Origin: an uncultured Elusimicrobia bacterium | GTDB lineage: Bacteria; Elusimicrobiota; Elusimicrobia; Elusimicrobiales; UBA9959 | DNA: 64,000 bases | Assembly: GCA_903889965.1 (NCBI GenBank) | Contig: CAISZM010000040.1 | Location: 38,439-102,438 of the forward strand | Direction of reading: 5' to 3' | Shown here: positions 17,903 to 27,869 of the stretch, piece by piece | Position numbering within the stretch: position 1 is the first letter of the stretch | How the letters are laid out: the number at the start of each line of letters is the position of its first letter | Made by a program: the position numbers and the translations under genes | The notes under the pieces: generated by a model | The model's database searches: none | The model's input: the letters and a program-made list of their open reading frames with translations, nothing else | Told to the model about the DNA's origin: nothing

Positions 17903-19534
17903 ATGGCAAAAAACACTAAACCACTTACCAGCACGGAGGAGTGGCGCACGCTGGAAGCGCATTACCGCAAGATCGGAGGGGCGCACCTCCGCAAGCTTTT
18001 CGCGGAAGATGCCAAACGCGGCGAGCGCATGGCGGTCAGCGCCCTGGGGATATATTTCGACTATTCCAAACACCGCGTCACGGACGAGACCATAAGGCTT
18101 CTGGTGAAACTCGCTGAGGCGGCGGGTGTAAGGGCCGCGGCGGAAGCGATGTTCCGCGGCGAAAAGATAAATATCACGGAAGGCAGGGCCGTTCTGCATA
18201 CCGCGCTTCGCGCGCCGAAGGGGAGCTCGATCCTGGTGGACGGGGAAAATGTAGTGCCCCGGGTCCATGCCGTGCTGGACCGGATGTCCGACTTCGCGCG
18301 CAAGGTGCGGGACGGGAGCTGGGTCGGTCACACGGGCAAACCCATCCGCAACATAGTCAATATCGGCATAGGCGGCTCCGATCTCGGACCGGTAATGGCC
18401 TACGAAGCCCTGCGCCACTACAGCCACCGCGGACTCAACTTCCGTTTCGTTTCCAACATAGACGGCGCCGACTTCGCCGAGGCTGTTCAGGACCTTAACC
18501 CGAAAGAAACCCTCTTCATCGTGGCCTCGAAGACCTTCACCACCCTGGAAACGATGACGAACGCGCGTACTGCCCGGGACTGGGCGCTAAAAGTGCTGAA
18601 AGACCCCGCCGCCGTCGCCAAACATTTCGTCGCGGTTTCCACCAACGCGGGAGAAGTGTCCCGGTTCGGCATAGACACGGCCAACATGTTCGGTTTCTGG
18701 GACTGGGTAGGCGGCCGCTACTCGATGTTCTCGGCTATAGGCCTGTCCACGATGATAGCCATCGGTCCGGATAATTTCCAGGCCATGCTCGCCGGCGCCC
18801 GCGAAATGGACGAGCATTTTCTCAAAGCGCCTTTCGAACGTAACCTGCCGGTGTTGATGGGGCTGCTCGGACTCTGGTATAACAACTTCTTCGGGGCGCA
18901 AACCATAGCCGTTCTGCCCTACGCGCAGCCCCTGAAACGTTTCCCCGCCTATCTGCAGCAGCTGACCATGGAGAGCAACGGTAAACGCGTAACTGTGGAC
19001 GGCACCGCCATAGATTACCAGACCGGCCCGGTCTACTGGGGGGAACCCGGCACCAACGGCCAGCATTCTTTCTACCAGCTGATCCACCAGGGCACAAAGC
19101 TCATACCCTGCGACTTTATCGTCTTCTCAAAGGACCCGAACCGGCTGGCTGTTCACCACGATCTGCTCGTGGCCAATGTTTTCGCCCAGGCCGAAGCCCT
19201 GGCCTTCGGCAAAGCGGAGCAGGAACTCCGCAGGGAGGGTGTGGAGGACAGGCTGGTGCCGCACAAAACATTCGCAGGCAACCGCCCTTCAACGACCATG
19301 CTCATGGACGAACTGACCCCGTCCGCCCTCGGCAAGCTTGTGGCGCTTTACGAACACAGCGTCTTCACGCAGGGCGCAATCTGGCGCGTCAATCCTTTCG
19401 ACCAATGGGGAGTGGAGCTGGGGAAGGTTTTGGCCGGCCGCATAGGCCCGGAACTCGAAAGCGAAACGGAACCGGAGCTCGCACACGACAGTTCCACCAA
19501 CGCCCTTATCCGGCGCTACCGCAAGAACAAATAG
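17903..19534 (+). CDS. pgi: glucose-6-phosphate isomerase
   Basis: 543 aa with '[10 protein letters not shown]', '[12 protein letters not shown]' and '[18 protein letters not shown]'. Confidence 0.95.
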   Translation: MAKNTKPLTSTEEWRTLEAHYRKIGGAHLRKLFAEDAKRGERMAVSALGIYFDYSKHRVTDETIRLLVKLAEAAGVRAAAEAMFRGEKINITEGRAVLHTALRAPKGSSILVDGENVVPRVHAVLDRMSDFARKVRDGSWVGHTGKPIRNIVNIGIGGSDLGPVMAYEALRHYSHRGLNFRFVSNIDGADFAEAVQDLNPKETLFIVASKTFTTLETMTNARTARDWALKVLKDPAAVAKHFVAVSTNAGEVSRFGIDTANMFGFWDWVGGRYSMFSAIGLSTMIAIGPDNFQAMLAGAREMDEHFLKAPFERNLPVLMGLLGLWYNNFFGAQTIAVLPYAQPLKRFPAYLQQLTMESNGKRVTVDGTAIDYQTGPVYWGEPGTNGQHSFYQLIHQGTKLIPCDFIVFSKDPNRLAVHHDLLVANVFAQAEALAFGKAEQELRREGVEDRLVPHKTFAGNRPSTTMLMDELTPSALGKLVALYEHSVFTQGAIWRVNPFDQWGVELGKVLAGRIGPELESETEPELAHDSSTNALIRRYRKNK

Positions 19535-19549
19535 TCCCGGGAATACATC

Positions 19550-20419
19550 ATGAACGATACTACCGCGAAGCTGAAGGCGTATTTAAATTCCGTCTGGCCG
19601 CTGGCGGCCCTGCTGTCCGCGGGGCTTGCCGCGGCGGCGGTCTGGGACCTGAATATCTCAAAGGCCATGTTCTCACCCGGGGCCGGCTGGGCGGTACTCA
19701 TAGAAAAATACGGAGAAACCCCCGGGATGTTCCTCGCCGCGTGGGGTCTGCTCCTGCTTAACGCCGGGCTTTCCGGGGGAAAATTCAGACGGATGCTCCT
19801 GGGGCTCCTGAATTTCATCGTCTGCGAGCTTTTAGTTGAATACGCGCTCCTCAAAATATCCTGCGGCCTGCTGGGTCTGCGCTCCGCCCCCGAGATAACA
19901 GCTTTCGCCGCCACGCGGGGAAGCCTCCTGCGCGCCGCGGCGGCGTCTTCGGTACTGGCCTGGATGCTGCTCCTCAGGTTCAGCCTCAAGGACTATGCAC
20001 TCCGGAACGGCGCTTTCGCCAGGATAACGGTAGCGCTATTCGTATCCAGCCAGCTCATGGTCCAGGTCTTCAAGGCGCTCTGGGGCCGCGTACGCTTCCG
20101 CGACCTGGAGCCGGGGTTCGCCAACTTCTCTCCCTGGTACACGCCCCAGGGCGCCGGCGGCAGTTCTTTCCCGTCGGGGCATACGGCGCTGGCGTGGATG
20201 CTTTTACCGGCCTTCCTGCTGTGCGGCCGCTCGCCGCGCCTGCGCGCGCTGGTACTGGCAATGAGCGTTATCTGGGGGATAACCGTGGGGCTGGGCCGGA
20301 TAACCCTCGGAGCGCATTACACCTCCGACGTACTTTTCGCGAGCCTGCTTACAATAATCCCGTTTATCCTGCTTCTGCGGGCACAGTCCGGCACCGCGCA
20401 GGAACCAGTCACAAAGTAA
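19550..20419 (+). CDS. PAP2-family membrane phosphatase
   Basis: 289-aa polytopic protein. It has the PAP2 motifs 'KALWGRVRF', 'SFPSGHTALA' and 'RITLGAHYTSDVL'. Confidence 0.85.
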   Translation: MNDTTAKLKAYLNSVWPLAALLSAGLAAAAVWDLNISKAMFSPGAGWAVLIEKYGETPGMFLAAWGLLLLNAGLSGGKFRRMLLGLLNFIVCELLVEYALLKISCGLLGLRSAPEITAFAATRGSLLRAAAASSVLAWMLLLRFSLKDYALRNGAFARITVALFVSSQLMVQVFKALWGRVRFRDLEPGFANFSPWYTPQGAGGSSFPSGHTALAWMLLPAFLLCGRSPRLRALVLAMSVIWGITVGLGRITLGAHYTSDVLFASLLTIIPFILLLRAQSGTAQEPVTK

Positions 20420-20498
20420 CTGGTTTCACGTTCCAGTCCCCTGGCAGGACCCGCGAGCCCATGGCTGGCCCGTACCCATGCTAAACCTGGAACAATAT

Positions 20499-20537
20499 AA
20501 AAAAAGCCCGGGCGCACTTGCCCGGGCTTTTCTTTTG
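20499..20537. terminator. bidirectional rho-independent terminator
   Basis: GCCCGGGC (20506-20513) pairs with GCCCGGGC (20520-20527) around a 6-nt loop. The stem is preceded by an A-run and followed by TTTTCTTTT. It sits between convergent PAP2 and malic-enzyme genes. Confidence 0.85.
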
Positions 20538-20547
20538 ACTATCCCTC

Positions 20548-21888
20548 TTACGGCAGCTTCACTATGCCGTTCTTCTGGCGCACATCCACGTCCTTGATGG
20601 CGCGCCGTATCATGAACTCGGCGTTGGCGCGCAGTTCCTTCTCGGTCAATATCCTGCGGGCAACCCCTTGCTCGATAGCCTTCATGCCGACCGCCACGGC
20701 CTCGTCTATAAAGACCTCGGGTTCGTCCATGTGCGGCAGCAGGTAATCCTCTCCCATCTTGCCGGTCTTCACGGCGTAACCGGCCAGCGCTTCGGCGGCC
20801 GCCACACACATCTCGTTCGTGATGGTTTTAGCCTGTACATCAAGGGCGCCGCGGAAAATACCCGGGAAACCCAGCGAATTATTCACCTGGTTGGCGAAGT
20901 CGGAACGGCCGGTGGCCACCACGCGCGCGCCGGCCTCTTTGGCGTCCCAGGGCCACATCTCGGGGATGGGGTTTGCGGTCAGGAAGCAGATGGAGTCCTT
21001 GTTCATCGTGGCCACCCACTCTTTTTTTATCACGTCCGGACCGCAGGTGGAGGCCGCGCTCAGCACATCCGCGCCTTTCATCGCGTCGGCGATCTTGCCG
21101 ACCAGCTGCCTGCTGTTGGTTACCTCGCACATATGCCATTTTTCGCGGTGAGCCTTCAGATCCGTCCTGCCCTTATGCAGCGTACCCTTGGAGTCAACGT
21201 AGATAAGGTTTTCGGGCTTCGCCCCGTAATGCATGTAAAGGGTGCCGATGCGTATGTTGGCCGCACCCGCGCCGTTCAGAACTATCTTCACGTCCTTGAT
21301 GTTCTTGCCGACTATCTTCAGGGCGTTTATGAGCCCGGCCAGGCAGACCGTGGCCGTGCCCTGCTGGTCGTCATGCCAGACAGGAATGTCCATTGTGCGG
21401 CGCAGCTCGTCCAGTATATCGAAGCACTTGGGCTGGGCTATGTCCTCCAGGTTTATGCCGCCGAAAGAGGGGGCGAGGTACTGCACGGTCTTTATGATCT
21501 CGGCCGGGTCCTTGGTATTGAGGCAGATGGGGAAGGCATCCACGCCTCCCAGGTACTTGAAGATGAGACCCTTGCCCTCCATCACGGGCAGACCGGCCTC
21601 GGGGCCTATGTCGCCCAGGCCCAGGACGCGGGTGCCGTCGGAAACCACGGCCACCATATTGCCCTTGTTGGTGTGCTCGTACACCTTCTCGGGGTGGGCC
21701 TGTATATCCCTGCATACTGAGGCCACGCCAGGGGTGTACCAGATGGCGAAATCGTCTATATTGCGCACGCAGCACTTTGGAACTATCTCAATCTTTCCCT
21801 TGTAGAAGGGATGGAGTTTCATCGATTCTTCCGCGGGCTTATTGGCCTTCTTCAGAAGCTCTTCTTTGGAGACTTTAACAGTTGACAT
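20548..21888 (-). CDS. NAD(P)-dependent malic enzyme (short form)
   Basis: 446 aa with 'YTPGVA', 'VVSDGTRVLGLGDIGP' and 'VLNGAGAANI', the typical prokaryotic malic-enzyme blocks. Confidence 0.92.
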   Translation of the reverse strand: MSTVKVSKEELLKKANKPAEESMKLHPFYKGKIEIVPKCCVRNIDDFAIWYTPGVASVCRDIQAHPEKVYEHTNKGNMVAVVSDGTRVLGLGDIGPEAGLPVMEGKGLIFKYLGGVDAFPICLNTKDPAEIIKTVQYLAPSFGGINLEDIAQPKCFDILDELRRTMDIPVWHDDQQGTATVCLAGLINALKIVGKNIKDVKIVLNGAGAANIRIGTLYMHYGAKPENLIYVDSKGTLHKGRTDLKAHREKWHMCEVTNSRQLVGKIADAMKGADVLSAASTCGPDVIKKEWVATMNKDSICFLTANPIPEMWPWDAKEAGARVVATGRSDFANQVNNSLGFPGIFRGALDVQAKTITNEMCVAAAEALAGYAVKTGKMGEDYLLPHMDEPEVFIDEAVAVGMKAIEQGVARRILTEKELRANAEFMIRRAIKDVDVRQKNGIVKLP

Positions 21889-21950
21889 TTTTGACCCCTT
21901 TTTGGACGTAAATCCGGCTTGACCGCCAAGAGAATTATAGGAAACAAAAT

Positions 21951-21979
21951 TTGTTTTTACAACAACTTTTTGATATACT
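21951..21979 (+). promoter_or_regulatory. candidate sigma70-type promoter upstream of the tRNA (TTGTTT-N17-TATACT)
   Basis: The hexamers are at 21951-21956 and 21974-21979 with a 17-nt spacer, in an AT-rich patch. The tRNA starts about 70 nt downstream, so assignment is tentative. Confidence 0.3.
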
Positions 21980-22048
21980 TGGAATTCACCCGAGGCCCCG
22001 GCCGCAAGCCGTTCCCCGGTGATGAAACCGGCCCGCCAGGAGTCTTAT

Positions 22049-22121
22049 GGCACCGTAGCTCAGTGGTTAGAGCGGGCGTTTCATAAGCGCTAGGTCAGTG
22101 GTTCAATTCCACTCGGTGCCA
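22049..22121 (+). tRNA. tRNA with CAT anticodon (elongator Met or lysidine-modified Ile2; not initiator-like)
   Basis: Hand-folded cloverleaf. The acceptor is GGCACCG/CGGTGCC, the D arm GCTC-AGTGGTTA-GAGC, and the anticodon stem GGCGT/GCGCT with loop TTCATAA. The T arm is AGTGG-TTCAATT-CCACT and the discriminator is A. No CCA is encoded. A paired 1:72 and the lack of a GGG/CCC anticodon stem argue against an initiator. Confidence 0.92.
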
Positions 22122-22176
22122 CAGCTTTATTACGCATGCCGGCGGTGCAGCATTGGCTGCCCCACAGACGGCCAGA

Positions 22177-22215
22177 CCCTGCCCCGCGGCAGAAGCCTTG
22201 CGGGACAGGGTTTTT
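22177..22215 (+). terminator. rho-independent terminator after the tRNA
   Basis: CCCTGCCCCGCGG...CCTTGCGGGACAGGG forms 5+5 bp with one mismatch plus two G-U pairs, followed by TTTTT. Confidence 0.75.
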
Positions 22216-22338
22216 CACGTTTAAGAGCGCCGGCTAGTAAGCGGCAGGGGTCGCTGTGCGGCATACCGGCTTAACATTTATCGGGGGCGCCGCAGGGCGG
22301 ACGGTCCATAGGTGCTGCAGCGCGGAGGGGGAGGGGAC

Positions 22339-22809
22339 ATGTCGGAAACTTATCTCACAAAAGACGGCTATGAAAAGCTCCAGGTAGAATTGGCGGACCT
22401 GAAGCGGCAGAAGAACGAACTGTCGCTGGAAATAGGCGAAGCCCGGGAGCAGGGCGACCTGAAAGAGAACGCCGGCTATATCTACGCCAAGGAAAAACAG
22501 AACCTGGTGATGAGGCTGATATCAGATCTCGAGCTGCGCCTGCGCGGGGCCAAGATCGTGGACAACCTGGCCATCAACAAAGCCGAGATACGCTTCGGCG
22601 CCACCGTCACCATGCGCGACGAAAATTCAGGCAATACGCTGACCTATACGCTTTCCAGCGCGGACGAAGCCGATCCTTCGGCGGGAAAGATATCCGTAAG
22701 CTCTCCCCTGGCGCAGGGCCTGCTGGGAGCCGCGGAAGGCGCCTCGGTAAAGATTTCCCTTCCCAGCGGCGAGAAACACCTGGCCATCCTGAAAGTTGAG
22801 TATAAATAA
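22339..22809 (+). CDS. greA: transcription elongation factor GreA
   Basis: 'MSETYLTKDGYEKLQVELADLK...EAREQGDLKENAGY' is a GreA coiled-coil N-terminus. The ATG at 22339 is preceded by GGAGGGGGAGGGG. The track start at 22312 is an extension. Confidence 0.93.
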   Translation: MSETYLTKDGYEKLQVELADLKRQKNELSLEIGEAREQGDLKENAGYIYAKEKQNLVMRLISDLELRLRGAKIVDNLAINKAEIRFGATVTMRDENSGNTLTYTLSSADEADPSAGKISVSSPLAQGLLGAAEGASVKISLPSGEKHLAILKVEYK

Positions 22810-22884
22810 TTATTATTGTTATAATCGGAGTAGCCGGGGCAGTTCTTTTTTACCCATTTTACGGCAGGCTTCAGGAGACCAAAA

Positions 22885-24225
22885 ATGACATTCTGGGGAA
22901 ACAAACAGGAAGACGAGAGCCCGCAGCCGGGCCGGCAGGCCCCGGTGCATCTTACCGGCACCCTGGAGGAAGGCTACAACGATATAGTTAAGTCCAAGGG
23001 CAGGGCCCCCGGCATAGACCTGGCCATAAAACTGAGCGACCTCATTCTCGAACACGCGGTGAAAGAACGCGCCAGCGATGTGCACATCGAGGCGCAGGGC
23101 ACGAATCTGCGGGTGCGCTTCCGCGTTGACGGGATCCTGCAGGACATGCTCAACTCCCCCAGGAACTCCGACATTCCTTTGACACAACGCATACGCGTCC
23201 TGGCCGGCTTCGACCCCGAACCGCCTACCTCTTTCCGCAACGAGGAAGGCCGCTTTCAGAAGATGCTGGCCGGACGCGCCATACAGGTGCGTGTTTCCTC
23301 GTTCCCCACCGTCAACGGAGAAAAGCTGGTGCTGCGCGTGCTGGACCGCCAGCAGTTGGGCCTGGACCTGGACCAGATAGGCCTCGACCAGGACGCCATG
23401 ACCATCGTCAAGAAGCTCATACGCAACCCCTACGGGATTTTCTTCATAACAGGCTCCACCGGTTCCGGCAAGACCACATCGCTCTACGCCATGCTGAAGA
23501 GCATCAACACACCGATGATCAATATCATCACGCTGGAAGACCCGGTGGAGTACCGTCTTGAAGGCATCAACCAGGCCCAGATCAGCGCGAAGACCGGCTT
23601 CACCTGGGCGGAAGGCCTGCGCACCATACTGCGCCAGGACCCGGACGTCATAATGGTCGGGGAAATACGGGACTACGACACCGCGGAAATAAGCCTGCGC
23701 GCGGCGCTCACCGGCCACCTTCTTTTCACCACCATACACACCATAAACTCGGCAAGCATCATAGAGCGCCTGTTCGAGATGGGTGTGCCGCCCTTCCTGA
23801 TAGGTTCCTCCATGCTTGGCGCTATGAGCCAGCGGCTCGTGCGCAAGGTCTGCCCCAAGTGCTCCCAGCCGGCCGCGGCACCCTCGGAGCCTGTGGTCAA
23901 TGAATTTATAAAGAACATGGACCCGGAAGAGGGCAAGATAGTTAAAGAGCTCATTTTGAAGCCCGGGGCCTCCTACAAGGTGGAGAAGGGCTGCCCCGAG
24001 TGCCGCAACACCGGCTACATCGGGCGCACCGGCATCTTCGAGCTGATGCTGATGAACGAAGAGATCCGCAAGCATATCCTCGACCACGCCCCCACGGACG
24101 TAATAAAACGCACCGCCATACGCACGGGAAAGATGCGCACGCTGCTGATGGACGGCATCATAAAGTCGCGCTCAGGCGCCACCACGCTCTCCGAGATCAT
24201 CCGCGTCACCGCCACGATGGTATAG
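22885..24225 (+). CDS. GspE/PilB-family secretion ATPase (type II secretion / type IV pilus assembly type)
   Basis: 446 aa. It has Walker A 'GSTGSGKTT', 'RQDPDVIMVGEIRD' and the tetracysteine 'CPKC...CPECRNTGY'. No long N-terminal domains are present. Confidence 0.9.
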   Translation: MTFWGNKQEDESPQPGRQAPVHLTGTLEEGYNDIVKSKGRAPGIDLAIKLSDLILEHAVKERASDVHIEAQGTNLRVRFRVDGILQDMLNSPRNSDIPLTQRIRVLAGFDPEPPTSFRNEEGRFQKMLAGRAIQVRVSSFPTVNGEKLVLRVLDRQQLGLDLDQIGLDQDAMTIVKKLIRNPYGIFFITGSTGSGKTTSLYAMLKSINTPMINIITLEDPVEYRLEGINQAQISAKTGFTWAEGLRTILRQDPDVIMVGEIRDYDTAEISLRAALTGHLLFTTIHTINSASIIERLFEMGVPPFLIGSSMLGAMSQRLVRKVCPKCSQPAAAPSEPVVNEFIKNMDPEEGKIVKELILKPGASYKVEKGCPECRNTGYIGRTGIFELMLMNEEIRKHILDHAPTDVIKRTAIRTGKMRTLLMDGIIKSRSGATTLSEIIRVTATMV

Positions 24226-24302
24226 CTGCGCACGGTGCGCCGCGCGCCGCAGTACCCCTGTTTTTCCGGCGGCGCGGACTTTCCGTGCTCTACGGCAGAC
24301 CG

Positions 24303-25286
24303 ATGAAAACGATCATAATAAAGTTCGGCGGCAGTTCCCTGGCGGACCCTGGCAAGATACGCCGGGCCGCGGGAATGGTGATGGCCGCCCGCCGGCGCGG
24401 GCTCAAGCCCGTCGCCGTCGTCTCGGCCCCGGCCGACTCCACCGACGACCTCCTTAAACTGGCCGACCTTACCGCGGGCCCGTCGGCCTCCGCAAGGGAG
24501 CAAGACGCGCTCATGGCCGCCGGCGAACAGCTGAGCGCGGCCCTGCTGGCTATGGCCATCGCGGCGGAGGGGGGACGCTCCGTCTCGCTTACCGGCGCGC
24601 AGGCAGGGATACTCACCGACGATAATTTCGCCGCGGCCAGCGTGAGGCGGGTGGACGCGCGGCGCCTGAAAAAGGAATTGGCGGCCGGCAGGATCCCCGT
24701 AGTGGCCGGTTTCCAGGGCGTATCGCCCCGGGGGGACATAACCACGCTCGGGCGCGGAGGCTCCGACCTTACCGCGGTGGTGATAGCGCGGGCGCTCGGC
24801 TCCGCAAGTTGCGAATTCCGTACGGACGTAAAGGGCATATACACCGCCCACCCGGCCATAGTTCCGGAGGCGCGCAAGATAAAAACCATCACATACGACG
24901 AGGTTATACGCCTGGCCGAACTGGGTACCGAAGTTCGCCAGTTGCGCGCGGTAAAATACGCTAAAAAGCACGGCCTTACGCTGCACCTCAGGTCGTCATT
25001 CCACGACGAGCCAGGCACCCTGGTGACACGGGCGGGCGGCCGCCGCGGAGTGGCCTGCCTTTCCATGAGAAAGGAAGCCGGCCCGGCCCTGGTCTCGGCC
25101 ATAGGCCGCGGCTTGAACAGGCGCCACCTGGCGGCCGCTGAAAAGGCGGCCGAAGCATGCGGGCTGGCGCACACGGTCGAAAGTTTTTCCTCGGGACATA
25201 TAACGCTTCGCACGGCCCCGGGCAAAGCCGAAACCCTGCTGAAAGCCCTCCACGCGGCCTTCTTTGCAAAGTCGAGCTTAACGTAA
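24303..25286 (+). CDS. aspartate kinase, short form with a single ACT-like C-terminal region
   Basis: 'MKTIIIKFGGSSLADPGKI' starts at 24303; the track ORF from 24000 is an out-of-context extension over gspE. It also has 'GGSDLTAVVIARALG'. Only about 85 aa follow the kinase domain. Confidence 0.85.
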   Translation: MKTIIIKFGGSSLADPGKIRRAAGMVMAARRRGLKPVAVVSAPADSTDDLLKLADLTAGPSASAREQDALMAAGEQLSAALLAMAIAAEGGRSVSLTGAQAGILTDDNFAAASVRRVDARRLKKELAAGRIPVVAGFQGVSPRGDITTLGRGGSDLTAVVIARALGSASCEFRTDVKGIYTAHPAIVPEARKIKTITYDEVIRLAELGTEVRQLRAVKYAKKHGLTLHLRSSFHDEPGTLVTRAGGRRGVACLSMRKEAGPALVSAIGRGLNRRHLAAAEKAAEACGLAHTVESFSSGHITLRTAPGKAETLLKALHAAFFAKSSLT

Positions 25287-25383
25287 ATTGCCGGCTCCCC
25301 GCGGGATCTTATATCTCGCGTACAACATGACCTGCGGCGGATTTCTAAGATAAAGGCGGCGGTAAGTCCATGAGGTTCAAAAA

Positions 25384-26145
25384 ATGAATTCAAAGCTTAC
25401 GCTTCTACTTAACTCCTGTATTTTTGCCTGGGCGCTCATCGGAGCGCACAGGTCAAAAAGCGCCCCGACCGTTTACGCGGCGTACGTTGCGGCCGGCTCC
25501 ATAATGCTTCTGGCCGCCGCGTTTTTTTACCAGGCCTCGCGCCTCACGGGCCCCGCTACGATAAAGAACTTGTGCTCCTTAACCTGCCGCGAAATAAAGG
25601 ACCCTCAGCTGGAGGAGGTCTTTAAATTCAAATACCCTTCTCCGGAGAGCCTGGCCGCGGCAAAGGCCGGGGAGACCGCGGGCGGCACCTGGGGCGCTGC
25701 CCTCAAGCTTTCCATCCTGCCGCTCCTGTTCACCGGATTATTTCTATTCATCGCCGTCCGCTCGCCTCAATACAAGGATGGAGCATGGGCCGTCCTTTCT
25801 TTCCAGAAAGCGGCTTTCTGGCAATTCTTCCTGATTTTCCTGGCCGGCGCGGCCATACAGGGGCAGTTCCTGGTAGATCCCCGCTACACTTTCATAGACC
25901 AGCTGTATATTAACCGCCTGACGAACCTGCTGGTTTCTACCGGCATAGGCGGCATGGTCGGACTTTTTTTCGGCCTTCTTTTCATATCACCGCTCCAGCG
26001 CCATCACATTTCCGTGGCGACGGCCATACTGGCCGGCTGTCTTTTTTTCGACCTTATAGCTTTGCGGAATCACTGGGGAACCGAAACCATTCTGGGCAGC
26101 AAATATACCGTACGGACGATCCCGGCGGTACCGGGGCGGGCCTAA
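25384..26145 (+). CDS. hypothetical polytopic membrane protein
   Basis: 253 aa with several long hydrophobic segments. I recognise no family motif. Confidence 0.6.
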   Translation: MNSKLTLLLNSCIFAWALIGAHRSKSAPTVYAAYVAAGSIMLLAAAFFYQASRLTGPATIKNLCSLTCREIKDPQLEEVFKFKYPSPESLAAAKAGETAGGTWGAALKLSILPLLFTGLFLFIAVRSPQYKDGAWAVLSFQKAAFWQFFLIFLAGAAIQGQFLVDPRYTFIDQLYINRLTNLLVSTGIGGMVGLFFGLLFISPLQRHHISVATAILAGCLFFDLIALRNHWGTETILGSKYTVRTIPAVPGRA

Positions 26146-26235
26146 GGCGGGAATAGCGCGCCAATGTATTTTCCGGGACATTACAGCTTCGGATGGTCCC
26201 CGTTGACTTTGTGCGGTTTAAACCGATAGAATTCT

Positions 26236-26475
26236 ATGATGGCAAACGTAATACGCGCGGTTTTCGCTTTTTTCTGGCTTGCGGCTTCGGTTTTCCTGGG
26301 ATACTTGGCCTACATAGTAGTTATGACCGAGTCGAACCCCCGGATACTTTCCGCCTGGCTGGTGATGTGCGCGGTTACCTTCGCCTCAGCGACTTTCCTG
26401 GCTTACACCATCATCGCGGGGTACCGCCACAGGGCGAACGCCCCGCACCACCACACCTACCTGCATAAATCCTGA
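26236..26475 (+). CDS. small two-helix membrane protein
   Basis: 79 aa with two clear hydrophobic helices and a His-rich tail (HRANAPHHHTYLH). Its TGA overlaps the hydantoinase ATG (TGATG at 26473-26477). Confidence 0.6.
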   Translation: MMANVIRAVFAFFWLAASVFLGYLAYIVVMTESNPRILSAWLVMCAVTFASATFLAYTIIAGYRHRANAPHHHTYLHKS

Positions 26476-27866
26476 TGGCCTTTGACCTGGCGATCACCGG
26501 CGGCAAGACGGTAAGCGGAAAACGCATTGCCGCGCTGGATATTTTCATAAAGGACGGAAAAATAGCGGCACTGCGCCCGCACGCCAAAGCACTTCCGCCC
26601 GCACACCGGACGATAGACGCGCGGGGCCTGCTGATACTGCCCGGAGTGATAGACGCCCACGCTCATTTTAAGCTTAAGATGGGGCCTGGAAAATATACGG
26701 CCGACGATTTTACCAGCGGTTCCGCGGCCGCGGCTTGCGGCGGCATCACCACCTTTATCGACTATACCGGCCAGGGGCCGGGGGAAAGCCCGCTGGCCGG
26801 TCTGAAGGCTCGCGTAAAAGAGGCAGCCGGCAGGACCTACACCGACTTTTCGTTCCACTGCATGCTCACCGGCCTGAAAAAGATGAAACACCCGGCCGCA
26901 AGCATGGCCGCCGCGGTAAAAGCCGGGTCCCCGACTTTCAAGATGTTCACGACTTACGGCGCCCGCGGGCTCATGGCCAGCGACGCGGAGATCTCGACCG
27001 CGCTGAAAGCGGCCTCCCGCCTCGGGGCGCTGGTTTGCGTGCACGCCGAGAACGGCCCGGAGGTCGACCTCCTGGAGGAAACCTATTCCGGCCTGAAGAA
27101 CATAATGGCGCTACCCCTTTCACATCCCCCGCGCACTGAAATCGAGGCGGTAGGGAGGGTGGCCGGGCTTGCGGCCGCCGCCGGCGGGCCTGTATATTTC
27201 GTGCACCTCTCGACCGCGGGCGCGGCTGGCATAGTCGCGGCGGCGAGGGCGGACGGGCATAGGGTCATGGGAGAAACCTGCCCGCAGTACCTGGCCCTGG
27301 ACGAGAGCCTTTTCCGCAGAAAGGACGGCTACCTCTACTCCTGCTGCCCTCCGATACGGACGAAACAGGACAGCGCCGAACTGTGGCGCGCCCTGAAAAA
27401 GGGCCTCCTGCAGGTAATAGCCACGGACAACTGCACCTTCACCAGCGAGCAAAAGAAAGCCTGGAAAGGCGATATAACAAGACTGCCCATGGGGATGCCG
27501 GGCTCGCAGACGCTGCTGCCCGCCGCATACACCTTCGGCGTAAAAAGCGGCAGGATCACCCTGGAAAAGATGGTTGAACTTCTCTGCGAAAACCCGGCGC
27601 GCATCATGGGCCTAGCGCAGAAAGGCTTTATAAAGCCCGGGGCTGACGCTGATTTAGCGATAATCAACCCCGCCGCCTCCGTTAAGGCGGACTGGCGGAG
27701 CATGATGCACAATACGGATTATTCCCCATGGCAGGGCCGCCGCCTCTACGGTACGCCCAGGTACACGCTGCTCAGGGGGGAAGTTATAGCGGAAAAGGGT
27801 AAACTGACCGACCCGAAAAGATTCACGGGGCGCTTCCTGCGCCGCTCACTGCCGCGGGTAATATAA
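26475..27866 (+). CDS. cyclic amidohydrolase: dihydropyrimidinase / D-hydantoinase family
   Basis: 463 aa. It has 'LPGVIDAHAHF', 'DDFTSGSAAAACGGITTFIDY', 'FKMFTTY' (the carboxylated-Lys context) and 'VHAENG'. Confidence 0.88.
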   Translation: MAFDLAITGGKTVSGKRIAALDIFIKDGKIAALRPHAKALPPAHRTIDARGLLILPGVIDAHAHFKLKMGPGKYTADDFTSGSAAAACGGITTFIDYTGQGPGESPLAGLKARVKEAAGRTYTDFSFHCMLTGLKKMKHPAASMAAAVKAGSPTFKMFTTYGARGLMASDAEISTALKAASRLGALVCVHAENGPEVDLLEETYSGLKNIMALPLSHPPRTEIEAVGRVAGLAAAAGGPVYFVHLSTAGAAGIVAAARADGHRVMGETCPQYLALDESLFRRKDGYLYSCCPPIRTKQDSAELWRALKKGLLQVIATDNCTFTSEQKKAWKGDITRLPMGMPGSQTLLPAAYTFGVKSGRITLEKMVELLCENPARIMGLAQKGFIKPGADADLAIINPAASVKADWRSMMHNTDYSPWQGRRLYGTPRYTLLRGEVIAEKGKLTDPKRFTGRFLRRSLPRVI

Positions 27867-27869
27867 CTA

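Noticed and set aside
22049-22121. The tRNA(CAT) as an integration hotspot with an adjacent island, or as an initiator tRNA.
   Set aside because: No integrase, direct repeat of the tRNA 3' end, or compositional island follows it; a terminator and greA come next. G1-C72 is paired and the anticodon stem lacks the three G-C pairs typical of initiators.
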